DNA of 64,000 nucleotides from Patescibacteria group bacterium (lineage in GTDB: Bacteria; Patescibacteriota; Minisyncoccia; GCA-002772825). Positions 8,392 through 17,521 of the stretch are shown here, in pieces. The stretch lies in the NCBI GenBank assembly GCA_024654625.1, contig JANLHB010000016.1:137-64136 (forward strand), read 5' to 3'. The notes under the pieces are model-generated. The model was not told the origin of the DNA and made no database searches. It saw nothing but the letters and a program-made list of their open reading frames with translations. Numbering within the stretch: position 1 is the stretch's first letter; the number at the start of each line of letters is the position of its first letter. Made by a program: the position numbers and the translations under genes.

Positions 8392-10089
8392 ATGGTAAAA
8401 AGAATATTGGATTTTGTGTATAAGGGTTTTGACGGCTTACATGAAGCGGCGCTTCTTCTGGCATTATCCGCTTTGGGTTCTCAGATTTTGGCGCTGTTTC
8501 GCGACAGGCTTCTTGCCGGTAAGTTTGGCGCAGGGTTAGAGCTTGATATATATTATGCATCTTTTAGGATTCCGGATTTGGTATATGTTTTTGCCGTCTC
8601 TTTAATTGTCTCAGTTTCTGTATTGATACCGGTCTTTTTAGGTAAACTTTCTGATGAGAAGAAAACAAAAAATGAAAGAAAAGAGGAAGCTTCTCGGTTT
8701 ATAAATTCAGTTTTTAGTATTTTTATGATACTAATACTTTCTTTGGCAGTAATTTTATTCTTTTTTGTTCCTTATCTGGTGAAATTTATCGCCCCTGGTT
8801 TTGGCGAAAATGAAGCGAAAGAAATTATCGCCCTGACGAGGATCCTTCTTCTTTCTCCTGTTTTTTTGGGGCTTTCGGGAATACTCTCAAGTATTACTCA
8901 ATCTTTCAATAAATTTTTTATTTATGCTCTTGCGCCGATATTTTATAATTTGGGGATAATATTTGGGATTATTTTCTTGTATCCTGTTTTTGGGTTAAAC
9001 GGACTCGCCACGGGGGTATTATTTGGCGCTTTTCTCCATTTTGCAATTCAGATTCCTGTCGTATATAAACTTGGTTTCTTGCCGAGGTTTGAGATAGTAA
9101 GAAACCTTTCTGACATAAAGAAAGTTTTTCTGCTCTCTCTTCCGCGTGCTTTCGGTCTCTCGGTTACTCAGTTTGTGATTACCATATTCGTGGCTTTGGC
9201 TTCTAAGATAAGTATCGGCAGTATTACTGTTTTTACTTTTGCTTTCAATCTTCAGTCTGTATCTCTTGCTGTGATAGGGGCGAGTTATTCAGTAGCCGCT
9301 TTTCCGACTTTAGCGCGCTTTTTTACAGAGAACAGAAGAGAAGAATTTTTGAATCACATATTGATAGCCGGAAGACATATCATCTTTTGGTCTGTGCCTT
9401 TGGCAGGGCTTTTCATCGTGCTTAGGGCTCAGATTGTCAGGGTAATATTGGGGACAGGCGCTTTTGACTGGGCTGACACGAGGCTTGTGGCAGCGGCTTT
9501 AGCTGTATTTATTTTTTCGCTTGTCTCTCAGAGTCTAGTACTTTTATTTGTTCGCGGTTATTATGCTTCAGGCGAAACGAAGAAGCCGATAATTATCAAT
9601 ATTGTTTCCTCAGTTATTATAATTATTTCAGCTTTTCTCTTTATAAGGTTATTTAATTCTTTTCCTTTCATTCGTATTTTCTTTGAAGACCTTTTAAGGA
9701 TCAATGGCGTTGATGGTTCAACAGTGATAGCTTTGCCGATTGCTTATTCATTCGGAGTGCTTTTAAACGGTATTATATTATGGAGAATTTTTGAAAAAGA
9801 TTTTGGCAGGTTATCCGGCTTACGCAGGGTGAGTGCCCAATCGGTTGCTTCAACTGTTGTTATTGGCGTAGTAGCTTATGTATCTCTTTCTGTATTTAAT
9901 AATATTTTTGATATAAATACTTTTATAGGGATATTTTTTCAAGGATTATTGTCAGGGATGATAGGTATTGTGGCTGGAGTCAGCGTGTTGCTTATTCTTA
10001 AAAATAGGGAATTGGAAGAAATCATCAAGTCTTTTCGCCATAAATTTTGGCGAACCAAGCCTATTGCTCCACAGCCTGAGGAGTTGTAA
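8392..10089 (+). CDS. murJ: Lipid II flippase MurJ (MviN)
   Basis: N-terminal RDRLLAGKFGAGLELDIYYASFRIPD signature and about 14 TM helices. Confidence 0.8.
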   Translation: MVKRILDFVYKGFDGLHEAALLLALSALGSQILALFRDRLLAGKFGAGLELDIYYASFRIPDLVYVFAVSLIVSVSVLIPVFLGKLSDEKKTKNERKEEASRFINSVFSIFMILILSLAVILFFFVPYLVKFIAPGFGENEAKEIIALTRILLLSPVFLGLSGILSSITQSFNKFFIYALAPIFYNLGIIFGIIFLYPVFGLNGLATGVLFGAFLHFAIQIPVVYKLGFLPRFEIVRNLSDIKKVFLLSLPRAFGLSVTQFVITIFVALASKISIGSITVFTFAFNLQSVSLAVIGASYSVAAFPTLARFFTENRREEFLNHILIAGRHIIFWSVPLAGLFIVLRAQIVRVILGTGAFDWADTRLVAAALAVFIFSLVSQSLVLLFVRGYYASGETKKPIIINIVSSVIIIISAFLFIRLFNSFPFIRIFFEDLLRINGVDGSTVIALPIAYSFGVLLNGIILWRIFEKDFGRLSGLRRVSAQSVASTVVIGVVAYVSLSVFNNIFDINTFIGIFFQGLLSGMIGIVAGVSVLLILKNRELEEIIKSFRHKFWRTKPIAPQPEEL

Positions 10090-10143
10090 AAATATTTAAA
10101 TAGTAAGATAATGGATAATTATAGATGTTAACTAATAAAAAAT

Positions 10144-10425
10144 ATGCTATCAAACATACCTATAAATTTAGATGAAGTTAAAAAAGAGGATATAGATAAA
10201 GAGATACTTAGAGTGGCGATAATTGCCGAGCTTGATGCTGTTAGTTTATATGAACAGCTTGCCGCCAATACTCAAAGTGAAGATATTAAGAAAGTCCTGC
10301 TTGACGTGGCAAAAGAAGAGAAGACACATGTAGGCGAATTTCAAACATTGCTTTTAGGTATTGATAAAGAGCAAGAAAGAGAGCTTGAAGAAGGCAGGAA
10401 AGAGGTTGAAGAAGAATTAAAATAA
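10144..10425 (+). CDS. Encapsulated-ferritin-like (EncFtn/rubrerythrin-like mini-ferritin) protein
   Basis: ELDAVSLYEQ and EEKTHVGEF motifs align with the ExxH di-iron ligands of EncFtn. 93 aa. No recognisable encapsulin-targeting C-terminus. Confidence 0.45.
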   Translation: MLSNIPINLDEVKKEDIDKEILRVAIIAELDAVSLYEQLAANTQSEDIKKVLLDVAKEEKTHVGEFQTLLLGIDKEQERELEEGRKEVEEELK

Positions 10426-10469
10426 TTAAAGATAATAGCCCTGCTTTATAAATATTAACTGTCAAAATT

Positions 10470-11036
10470 ATGGAGAATCTAATTAATAAAAAAGTAACTG
10501 ATATGGAGTTTGAAGTGTATCAAAATGAAGACACAAAGAAGGTAAGATTAGCGGATTATAAAGGCAAGTGGGTGGCGCTGGTCTTTTATCCTGCGGATTT
10601 TACTTTTGTATGTCCGACAGAGCTTGAAGAGCTCGCCAATAGTTATGATCTTTTTAAGAAAGAAGGCGCGGAGATTATTTCGGTAAGCACTGATACGGTT
10701 TTTGTTCACAAGGCGTGGCATGACAATTCACCGGCTATTAAAAAGATTAAATACCCTATGGCGGCTGATCCTACAGGTAATCTCTCTAGGGAGTTTGGTG
10801 CATATATAGAAGAGGAGGGGCTTGCTCTAAGAGGAAGTTTCCTTATCAATCCAGAGGGCATAGTGAAGGCTTATGAGATTCATGACAACAGTGTCGGTAG
10901 GAGTGCTAGAGAGCTTCTGCGCAAGCTTCAGGCGGCAAAGTTTGTAGCAGAGCACTCTGGAAATGTGTGTCCGGCAAGTTGGGAACCGGGCAAGGATACT
11001 CTAAAGCCGGGAATGGACTTGGTGGGGAAGATATAA
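10470..11036 (+). CDS. ahpC: Typical 2-Cys peroxiredoxin (AhpC/Tsa family)
   Basis: Peroxidatic FTFVCPTE and resolving VCPASW motifs. Confidence 0.85.
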   Translation: MENLINKKVTDMEFEVYQNEDTKKVRLADYKGKWVALVFYPADFTFVCPTELEELANSYDLFKKEGAEIISVSTDTVFVHKAWHDNSPAIKKIKYPMAADPTGNLSREFGAYIEEEGLALRGSFLINPEGIVKAYEIHDNSVGRSARELLRKLQAAKFVAEHSGNVCPASWEPGKDTLKPGMDLVGKI

Positions 11037-11149
11037 GCGATAACATAAAAATAATTTTAGAAATTGACTTCTTCCAGAACGGTCTCCGCCAGCTGGCGGA
11101 AGGGAAATTCTTCAGAAGTCAAATTTCTAAAATTATTTTTGACTTAATT

Positions 11150-11731
11150 ATGAAATACGAAACAAAAAATTTTGAAGCACTTATCGGAACAGAGGGTTTC
11201 AGTGATACTCTTTTGAAAAATCATTTTACTCTTTACGAAGGATATGTGGCCAATTTTAATAAATTGAATGATATTCTTATTGCTATGGAAAAGGAAGATA
11301 AATTCGGCTCGCCGGAATTTGCGGAATTAAACAGAAGATTTGGGTGGGAATTTAACGGTATGAGACTTCACGAACTTTACTTTGGTAATATTTCAAAAGT
11401 GGGCAAAGAAATAAATAAAAATGCAGATCTCTATAAGAAAATTGAAGAAGAGTGGGGTTCTTATGATATGTGGGAGAAAGATTTTCGTTCAATGGGCGCG
11501 ATGAGGGGGATCGGCTGGGTAATCTTGTACTATGATAAAGAGAGCGGAAGATTGTTTAATGTCTGGGTAAACGAACATGATGTTGGACACTTGTCTGGCG
11601 CTACGCCTCTTCTTGTGATGGATGTATTTGAACATGCTTTTCTCACGGACTATGGTTTAAAGCGGGCAGATTATATCGCGAACTTTATGAAGGTGATAGA
11701 TTGGAATACTGTTGAATCAAGATTGCGATAA
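11150..11731 (+). CDS. Fe/Mn-family superoxide dismutase
   Basis: Conserved Fe/Mn SOD C-terminal metal-ligand motif DVFEHAF plus GWVIL core. The true start is probably the internal ATG at 11150, because the 10967 ORF start overlaps ahpC. Confidence 0.75.
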   Translation: MKYETKNFEALIGTEGFSDTLLKNHFTLYEGYVANFNKLNDILIAMEKEDKFGSPEFAELNRRFGWEFNGMRLHELYFGNISKVGKEINKNADLYKKIEEEWGSYDMWEKDFRSMGAMRGIGWVILYYDKESGRLFNVWVNEHDVGHLSGATPLLVMDVFEHAFLTDYGLKRADYIANFMKVIDWNTVESRLR

Positions 11732-11746
11732 ATACTAACCTTAAAT

Positions 11747-11770
11747 GTCAATCCGCCACGGCGGATTGAC
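11747..11770. terminator. Rho-independent terminator hairpin GTCAATCCGCCACGGCGGATTGAC followed by T-run
   Basis: Perfect 10-bp stem plus a T-run. Identical copy at 44102. Confidence 0.6.
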
Positions 11771-11819
11771 ATTTTTTGTTTTCTGGAAATTGAACTGTTT
11801 TTGATGTAGGATATAGTAG

Positions 11820-13607
11820 ATGGAGACTAAAAATATAAGAAATTTCAGCATTATCGCTCACATTGACCATGGCAAATCAACTCTTGCCGATCGTTTGATA
11901 GACAAAACTAACGCTGTTGAAAAAAGGAAAATGAGAGAGCAGGTGCTTGATGTGATGGAGCTTGAGCGCGAGCGCGGTATCACTATAAAAATGCAACCCG
12001 TGAGGATGAGCTATAAGTTGCAGGATACAAACTATCAGCTAAATTTGATAGACACTCCCGGGCATATAGATTTCTCTTATGAGGTATCAAGGGCTCTAAA
12101 GGCTGTTGAGGGAACGATACTTCTTGTCGATGCTACTCAAGGAGTGCAAGCTCAGACTTTTTCCACTCTTGAGATGGCAGAGAAAAGCGGACTCGTCATT
12201 ATCCCTGTTTTAAATAAGATAGATATGCCAGCCGCAAGAGTTGATGTTGTGTTGAAAGAAGTGATGGATCTTTTGGGTTGCGATGAAAAGGACGTGCTTA
12301 AAGTTTCGGCAAAGACAGGCGAAGGAGTAGATGAACTTATCGCAGAGATAATCAAACGTATTCCTGCTCCTGTTCACGGTTCTGAATCAGGGTCGCGAGC
12401 GCTTGTTTTTGACTTTGAATATTCCAATCATCAGGGCGTTATTGTGTATGCCAGAGTAACTGACGGCTCATTTAAGAAGGGCGATGAGCTCGTTTTGATT
12501 GCCGGTAAAGAAAAATTTATTGCCGGAGAGGTTGGCATCTTTACTCCAGAGAGGAAAGAAATTTCCATTTTAAACGAGGGCGAGACTGGTTATATCGTTA
12601 CAAATATAAAAAAGCCGAATGTTGCCGTAGTCGGCGATACGGTTACTTCTTTTAAGAAGCCTCTTCCTCCTCTTTCCGGATATTTCAAGCCGAGCCCCGT
12701 TGTCTGGGCAAGTATTTATCCTGAAGGGCAAGATGATTTTGACGATTTAAAACAGGCTCTTATGAAGCTAAGCCTTTCTGATTCATCGCTTGAGTTTGAG
12801 GAAGAGACTCAGGGGGCGCTTGGGAGAGGATTTCGCTGCGGTTTTTTGGGAATGCTTCACTTGGAGATAGTGCTTGAGCGCCTAAAGAGAGAATTTTCTT
12901 TGGATCTTATAACCGCTTCGCCTACTATTTCTTATGAAGTGGAATTTGTTTCCGGCAAGAAAGAGATTATTCGTTCACCTATTTTTTTTCCGGAAACGCA
13001 TTTAATTAAAAAAGTTTTTGAGCCGTGGGTTAATTTTGAGATTATTACCACCTCGGAAAAAGTGGGAGATATTATGAAGCTTTGTTACGAGCATGAGGCT
13101 CTGGTTGCAGACACAAATCAGTTTGGAAAAGAAAGGATTTCAATGAATGGAGAGATGCCTCTTCGCGAACTTATGAGAGGTTTTTTTGATAAGCTTAAGA
13201 GCGTATCTTCGGGGTATGCGTCTATCTCTTATAAAATAGGCGATATGAGGGAGGCTGATGTGGTGAAACTTGAGATACTTGTGGCCGATGAGCCGATTGT
13301 CGCCTTTACTAAAATAATATCAAGAAGGAGAGTAAACATAGAGGCAGAAGAAGCTGTTGAGAAACTGCATAAAATCTTGCCTAGGCAACTTTTTGTCATT
13401 AAAATCCAGGCCAAAGCGCTTGGCAGGATAATCTCTTCTCGGGCAATATCCGCGATGAAGAAAGATGTTACCGGATATCTTTACGGAGGAGATATCTCCA
13501 GGAAAAAGAAGTTATGGGAAAAACAGAAAAAAGGCAAGAAAAAAAAAGAGGCTTTTTCTAAGGTAAACATTCCTCAAGAAGTTTTCTTAAAGATGATGAA
13601 AAGTTAG
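11820..13607 (+). CDS. lepA: Elongation factor 4 (LepA)
   Basis: IRNFSIIAHIDHGKSTLADRL G-domain and LepA-specific C-terminal domain. Confidence 0.9.
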   Translation: METKNIRNFSIIAHIDHGKSTLADRLIDKTNAVEKRKMREQVLDVMELERERGITIKMQPVRMSYKLQDTNYQLNLIDTPGHIDFSYEVSRALKAVEGTILLVDATQGVQAQTFSTLEMAEKSGLVIIPVLNKIDMPAARVDVVLKEVMDLLGCDEKDVLKVSAKTGEGVDELIAEIIKRIPAPVHGSESGSRALVFDFEYSNHQGVIVYARVTDGSFKKGDELVLIAGKEKFIAGEVGIFTPERKEISILNEGETGYIVTNIKKPNVAVVGDTVTSFKKPLPPLSGYFKPSPVVWASIYPEGQDDFDDLKQALMKLSLSDSSLEFEEETQGALGRGFRCGFLGMLHLEIVLERLKREFSLDLITASPTISYEVEFVSGKKEIIRSPIFFPETHLIKKVFEPWVNFEIITTSEKVGDIMKLCYEHEALVADTNQFGKERISMNGEMPLRELMRGFFDKLKSVSSGYASISYKIGDMREADVVKLEILVADEPIVAFTKIISRRRVNIEAEEAVEKLHKILPRQLFVIKIQAKALGRIISSRAISAMKKDVTGYLYGGDISRKKKLWEKQKKGKKKKEAFSKVNIPQEVFLKMMKS

Positions 13608-13697
13608 AAGAGTGGCGCTATTGTAAATAGGACCATACCTATTACAGCAAGGAGTGATATGCTTATCCAGATAAGTTGACTCCTCTTTTTTTGTTTA

Positions 13698-14105
13698 TTG
13701 GTTTTCATTGTCTGCTATAATATAACAATAATGAGAGAATTTCAACAAAGGAGAATATTGCGGCGCTTGATGTATTCTAATGTTTCCATCTTTTTTTTAT
13801 TGGTGATTTTTATATTTTTTATTTTTTCTATCGCAGATGTTTATAATAAGAGCAGGGAGGCGATTAAGAAGAATGAAGAAGTCAGTAGTGAGTTAAATGA
13901 TATAAAGTCAAAGAAGGATTATTTTGAAGCGGAGATAGATCGTCTTAATACTAATGCCGGTATTGAAGATGAGCTTCGTGATAAATTTCAGATAGCCAAA
14001 CCGGGCGAGAGGGTGATCATTATCGTTGATGACAAGAAAGATGACAGTGAAGACGCCACTCCGAGAAAAAGCTTAAATTGGTTTTGGAATATTTTTGGCC
14101 GATAA
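13698..14105 (+). CDS. Septum-formation-initiator-like (FtsB/DivIC family) membrane coiled-coil protein
   Basis: Single TM helix followed by a coiled coil (SELNDIKSKKDYFEAEIDRLN) and PGERVIIIVDD. Confidence 0.4.
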   Translation: MVFIVCYNITIMREFQQRRILRRLMYSNVSIFFLLVIFIFFIFSIADVYNKSREAIKKNEEVSSELNDIKSKKDYFEAEIDRLNTNAGIEDELRDKFQIAKPGERVIIIVDDKKDDSEDATPRKSLNWFWNIFGR

Positions 14106-14131
14106 ATGAAGCCCTGTCTCATATTTCAACG

Positions 14132-14151
14132 CCTGCCTGCCGGCAGGCAGG
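14132..14151. repeat. REP-like palindrome family 2 copy (CCTGCCTGCCGGCAGGCAGG)
   Basis: Perfect 20-bp palindrome, nested in outer GCCCTG...CAGGGC. Confidence 0.55.
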
Positions 14152-14247
14152 GCTAGAACATGACTTAACCTCAAGGGTGGTTGACATAATGCCTATATAA
14201 AGTATCATAAACAGTAGCGCCTGAGAGGGCGTTTTAAATTAGAATTT

Positions 14248-14427
14248 ATGAAATTAACGGATTATTTAAGAGATACTAAAGGAGAATTAAAGCATGTTAA
14301 ATGGCCTTCCAAGAAGGATACTGTTCGGTTTACCATTGTTGTGATAGCGATATCAATTTTTGTCGCGCTTTATCTGGGTTTCTTTGATTTTATCTTCGGT
14401 TATATCATAGATAAATTGATTATTTAA
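14248..14427 (+). CDS. secE: Preprotein translocase subunit SecE (59 aa, below ORF-track cutoff)
   Basis: Translation MKLTDYLRDTKGELKHVKWPSKKDTVRFTIVVIAISIFVALYLGFFDFIFGYIIDKLII: KxVxWP motif plus one TM helix, immediately upstream of nusG. Confidence 0.65.
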   Translation: MKLTDYLRDTKGELKHVKWPSKKDTVRFTIVVIAISIFVALYLGFFDFIFGYIIDKLII

Positions 14428-14470
14428 TCATCAAAATTCGTCTAGATGGATTATTTATTTTAAAAAAGAT

Positions 14471-15016
14471 ATGGCAAAACAGGAATTACAAACAGGAAGA
14501 AATTGGTATGCTATTCATACTTACGCCGGGTATGAGGATGCTGTTGTGCGCAATTTAAAGCAGAGGATTGAATCTCTCGGTATGGAAGATAAGATTTTTG
14601 ACGTTGTTGTTCCTACGGAAAAAAAGATAAAGATAAAAGGAGGAAAAAGAAAGGTTATAGAAGAGAAAGTTTACCCGGGTTATGTGCTGGTTGAGATGAT
14701 AGTGACAGATAACTCATGGTATGTTGTCAGGAATACCCCTCGAGTTACAGGTTTCGTAGGCGCAGGCACTACCCCGACTCCGCTTGATGCCAGTGAAATA
14801 GAGTCTTTGTTTAAGAAGATGGATGGCGGAAACGCAAAACACAAGATAGATGTTGTAATAGGCGAGACGGTTCAGATTAACGACGGACCGTTTAAAGATT
14901 TTGAGGGCAAGGTGTCAGAAGTGGATGACTCCCGTGGCAAGGTAAAAGTCCTGGTTTCTATCTTTGGGAGGGAAACACCGGTAGAGTTGGACTTCTTGCA
15001 AATTAGGAAACTTTAA
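14471..15016 (+). CDS. nusG: Transcription termination/antitermination factor NusG
   Basis: NGN domain (WYAIHTYAGYE) and C-terminal KOW (KVKVLVSIFGRETPVELDF). Confidence 0.85.
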   Translation: MAKQELQTGRNWYAIHTYAGYEDAVVRNLKQRIESLGMEDKIFDVVVPTEKKIKIKGGKRKVIEEKVYPGYVLVEMIVTDNSWYVVRNTPRVTGFVGAGTTPTPLDASEIESLFKKMDGGNAKHKIDVVIGETVQINDGPFKDFEGKVSEVDDSRGKVKVLVSIFGRETPVELDFLQIRKL

Positions 15017-15078
15017 TATAAACTAGCCACTAGTAGATAGCCATTAGCCACTAAAATTACCAAAATTAGTGATACTCT

Positions 15079-15113
15079 ATTGGCTAAACCCTATTGGCTA
15101 ACGACTAAATTAA
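15079..15113 (+). promoter_or_regulatory. Conserved leader/promoter motif upstream of rplK (shared with rplJ)
   Basis: ATTGGCTAAACCCTATTGGCTAACGACTAAATTAAATGGCAA is nearly identical to 56752-56791 upstream of rplJ. Confidence 0.45.
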
Positions 15114-15536
15114 ATGGCAAAAGCAATTAAATCAATCATAAAACTTCAAATTCCGGCTGGGAAGGCTAATCCTGCTCCTCCTGTTGGGCCTGCTTTAGGT
15201 CAGCATGGCGTGAATATTGGAGATTTCGTAAAGAAATTCAATGATGCGAGCCAAGATAAGATGGGCGACATAATACCTGTTGAGATATATGTATACGATG
15301 ATCGAAGTTTTGACTTTAAGATGAAGACCCCTCCGGCTTCAGACTTATTGAGGAAGGCGGCTGGCGTGGAGAAAGGTTCCGGTAAAAATATAACAAGTAA
15401 AGTTGGAAAGGTGACTAAAGCTCAAGTTCGCGAGATTGCTGAGAGGAAGATGGAGGATCTAAATGCCAATGATGTGGAGGCGGCGATGAAGATCATAGAA
15501 GGGAGCGCTCGCTCCATGGGCATAGAAGTGCAATAG
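15114..15536 (+). CDS. rplK: 50S ribosomal protein L11
   Basis: [27 protein letters not shown] signature. Confidence 0.9.
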   Translation: MAKAIKSIIKLQIPAGKANPAPPVGPALGQHGVNIGDFVKKFNDASQDKMGDIIPVEIYVYDDRSFDFKMKTPPASDLLRKAAGVEKGSGKNITSKVGKVTKAQVREIAERKMEDLNANDVEAAMKIIEGSARSMGIEVQ

Positions 15537-15637
15537 GCACTTCTATGGACCTTGCCAGATATTTCTTGAAAGCATGAAAAGAAATATCGACAAGGTGTAC
15601 TGTTCCTGTAAGGAATAGAAGCAACAGCTTAAATAAA

Positions 15638-15670
15638 ATAAAACGCCTCGCTTTGTCGGGGCGTTTTATT
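15638..15670. terminator. Rho-independent terminator after rplK
   Basis: aaaacgcctcgctttgtcggggcgttttatttt hairpin plus T-run. Confidence 0.55.
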
Positions 15671-15687
15671 TTGCTATAATGATCCTT

Positions 15688-16365
15688 ATGGATAAATATG
15701 AGATTGAAGTGAAGAGTCTATTGGGGAACGAGTCTATGGCGCAAGCCTTTAGAGAGAAGATGGTGGAGATTGACCCGAGTGTGGAAACTATCTCTCGGCA
15801 TAGTCAGATAAACCATTATTTTATAGATGGTGATATTAATTTTCTCCATGAGAAGATGCTGGCACATGTTCCACAAGAGAAGCATGAGAACTTAAGAAAT
15901 ATTATTGTTGATGGAAAAAATCATTCTATAAGAGTGCGGTTGGCCGATGAAGATTTGATATTCGTCATCAAGTCTTCTATAGATGACACTACAAGCGATA
16001 ACGGTATCTCACGGCTTGAGTTTGAACATAAGATGCCACACTTGAGCATTGATGAGTTAGATCAAATATTATTTGATGCTGGTTTTTCTTATCAGGCCAA
16101 GTGGTCTAGGGAAAGGGAAGAGTATAAGTTAGGTGATATAAATATTTGTTTGGATAAAAATGCAGGTTACGGTTATTTAGTTGAATTTGAATCAGTGGTG
16201 AGTGATGCTAGTGAAGCGGAAGAAGTGAAAGATAGGATATATAGATTGATGGAAAAGATGGAGGCCGAAGAGCTTGATCAAGACAGGCTCGCGCGGATGT
16301 TTGAACACTATAATAATAATTGGAAGGATTACTATGGCACGGATAAGGTTTTTTCAATAGAGTAG
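15688..16365 (+). CDS. CYTH-like domain protein (putative triphosphate tunnel metalloenzyme)
   Basis: N-terminal ExExK (YEIEVK) and C-terminal acidic motif (GYLVEFES). The start is probably ATG 15688, directly after the TGcTATAAT box at 15672-15680, giving a possibly leaderless mRNA. Confidence 0.4.
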   Translation: MDKYEIEVKSLLGNESMAQAFREKMVEIDPSVETISRHSQINHYFIDGDINFLHEKMLAHVPQEKHENLRNIIVDGKNHSIRVRLADEDLIFVIKSSIDDTTSDNGISRLEFEHKMPHLSIDELDQILFDAGFSYQAKWSREREEYKLGDINICLDKNAGYGYLVEFESVVSDASEAEEVKDRIYRLMEKMEAEELDQDRLARMFEHYNNNWKDYYGTDKVFSIE

Positions 16366-16419
16366 ATTTGATACATAGTCAATATAGATTAAAGTTTCTT
16401 ATTTGTAATAATAATTAAA

Positions 16420-17511
16420 ATGGTTTTATCTTTTCAGGATATAAAAAGAATGATCTCAGGGCAAAATCCTATTATTTTGTCTGATATCCCCTTTGCCGAA
16501 AATCAGATTCAACCCTCTACTATTGATTGTAGGCTTGGTAATAGGGTTTATCGTATGAGCACTGCAATGATACCAAGAAGAGAGGAGTCAATCGCTCAAC
16601 TTATAGATAAATATAAGTTATATGAGTTTGAGCTTAGGGAGGGGTCTGTTTTAGAAAAAGGAGCTTCTTATATAATTCCCCTTCTCGAGAAGCTTAATTT
16701 GCCAGACGAATTGAACGCTATTTTTAGTCCTAAGAGCTCGACCGGTAGAGTTGATGTCTTTTGCCGTGTTTTAGTTGACGGGAATCCTCATTACGACATA
16801 ACTGAATCTGGGTATAGTGGTAATCTATACTTGGAAGTTTCTCCTCAATCTTTTTCGGTCGGTATTACGCCGGGCCTTGCTTTGGTTCAGATGAGGATTA
16901 GGCAAGAAAATGTTTTTCTTAGTGATGATGACTTAAAAAGTCTTCAAAAGAGTGATGGTATAATTTACAACGATGTCGGCAAGGATGACAATCCGGTAAT
17001 AAAAAATAATAGCACTTATCTTCATGTAGATTTGCTGAGTGATGTCGTTGGGTTTGAGGCAAAGGATAATTCCGGTAAGTATATTAATTTATTCAAAAAA
17101 GATTTTTATGAGGCTGATGATTTTTGGATACCGATAAAGCGCCCCAAGAATGGAGAGTTGATATTAACCCCCGGTAGATTCTATCTGCTTGCCAGCAAAG
17201 AAAGAATAAGAATTCCTTCTTCTGTCTGCGCCGAGGTTGAAGCTTATGATTTAAATTTTGGCGAATTCCGTACTCATTATGCCGGTTTTTTTGACAATGG
17301 CTTCGGAGGTGACGATGGAACCAGGGCCGTGCTTGAGGTCAGGGTGCATGATGTCCCTTTCAGAATTTGCGATAATCAGCCTATTTGCAGAATGACCTTT
17401 GAAAAGACTAAAGAGGTTCCAGAAATGCTTTATGGAAAAGATCTTAATTCTAACTATGTAAGCAATAAGCCGTCTCTAAGCAAGCATTTTAAAAATAGAC
17501 TCTGGTATTAA
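16420..17511 (+). CDS. Long-form dCTP deaminase family protein (DCD, about 360 aa type)
   Basis: N-terminus matches the dCTP deaminase/dUTPase-fold signature (FQDIKRMI...IQPSTIDCRLGN). Confidence 0.55.
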   Translation: MVLSFQDIKRMISGQNPIILSDIPFAENQIQPSTIDCRLGNRVYRMSTAMIPRREESIAQLIDKYKLYEFELREGSVLEKGASYIIPLLEKLNLPDELNAIFSPKSSTGRVDVFCRVLVDGNPHYDITESGYSGNLYLEVSPQSFSVGITPGLALVQMRIRQENVFLSDDDLKSLQKSDGIIYNDVGKDDNPVIKNNSTYLHVDLLSDVVGFEAKDNSGKYINLFKKDFYEADDFWIPIKRPKNGELILTPGRFYLLASKERIRIPSSVCAEVEAYDLNFGEFRTHYAGFFDNGFGGDDGTRAVLEVRVHDVPFRICDNQPICRMTFEKTKEVPEMLYGKDLNSNYVSNKPSLSKHFKNRLWY

Positions 17512-17521
17512 TCATAAAAAT

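Noticed and set aside
10967-11149. N-terminal 61 aa of the ORF-track superoxide dismutase call overlapping ahpC
   Set aside because: This segment overlaps the peroxiredoxin coding region in another frame. It contains the CCGCCAGCTGGCGG hairpin and lacks SOD homology. The internal ATG at 11150 gives a canonical-length SOD.
14106-14247. tRNA-Trp upstream of secE (common in bacteria) and tRNAs elsewhere in intergenic regions
   Set aside because: No T-loop (GGTTCGAATCC-like) or cloverleaf could be found here or in any other intergenic segment. The region instead holds a REP-like palindrome and a promoter-like TTGACA.
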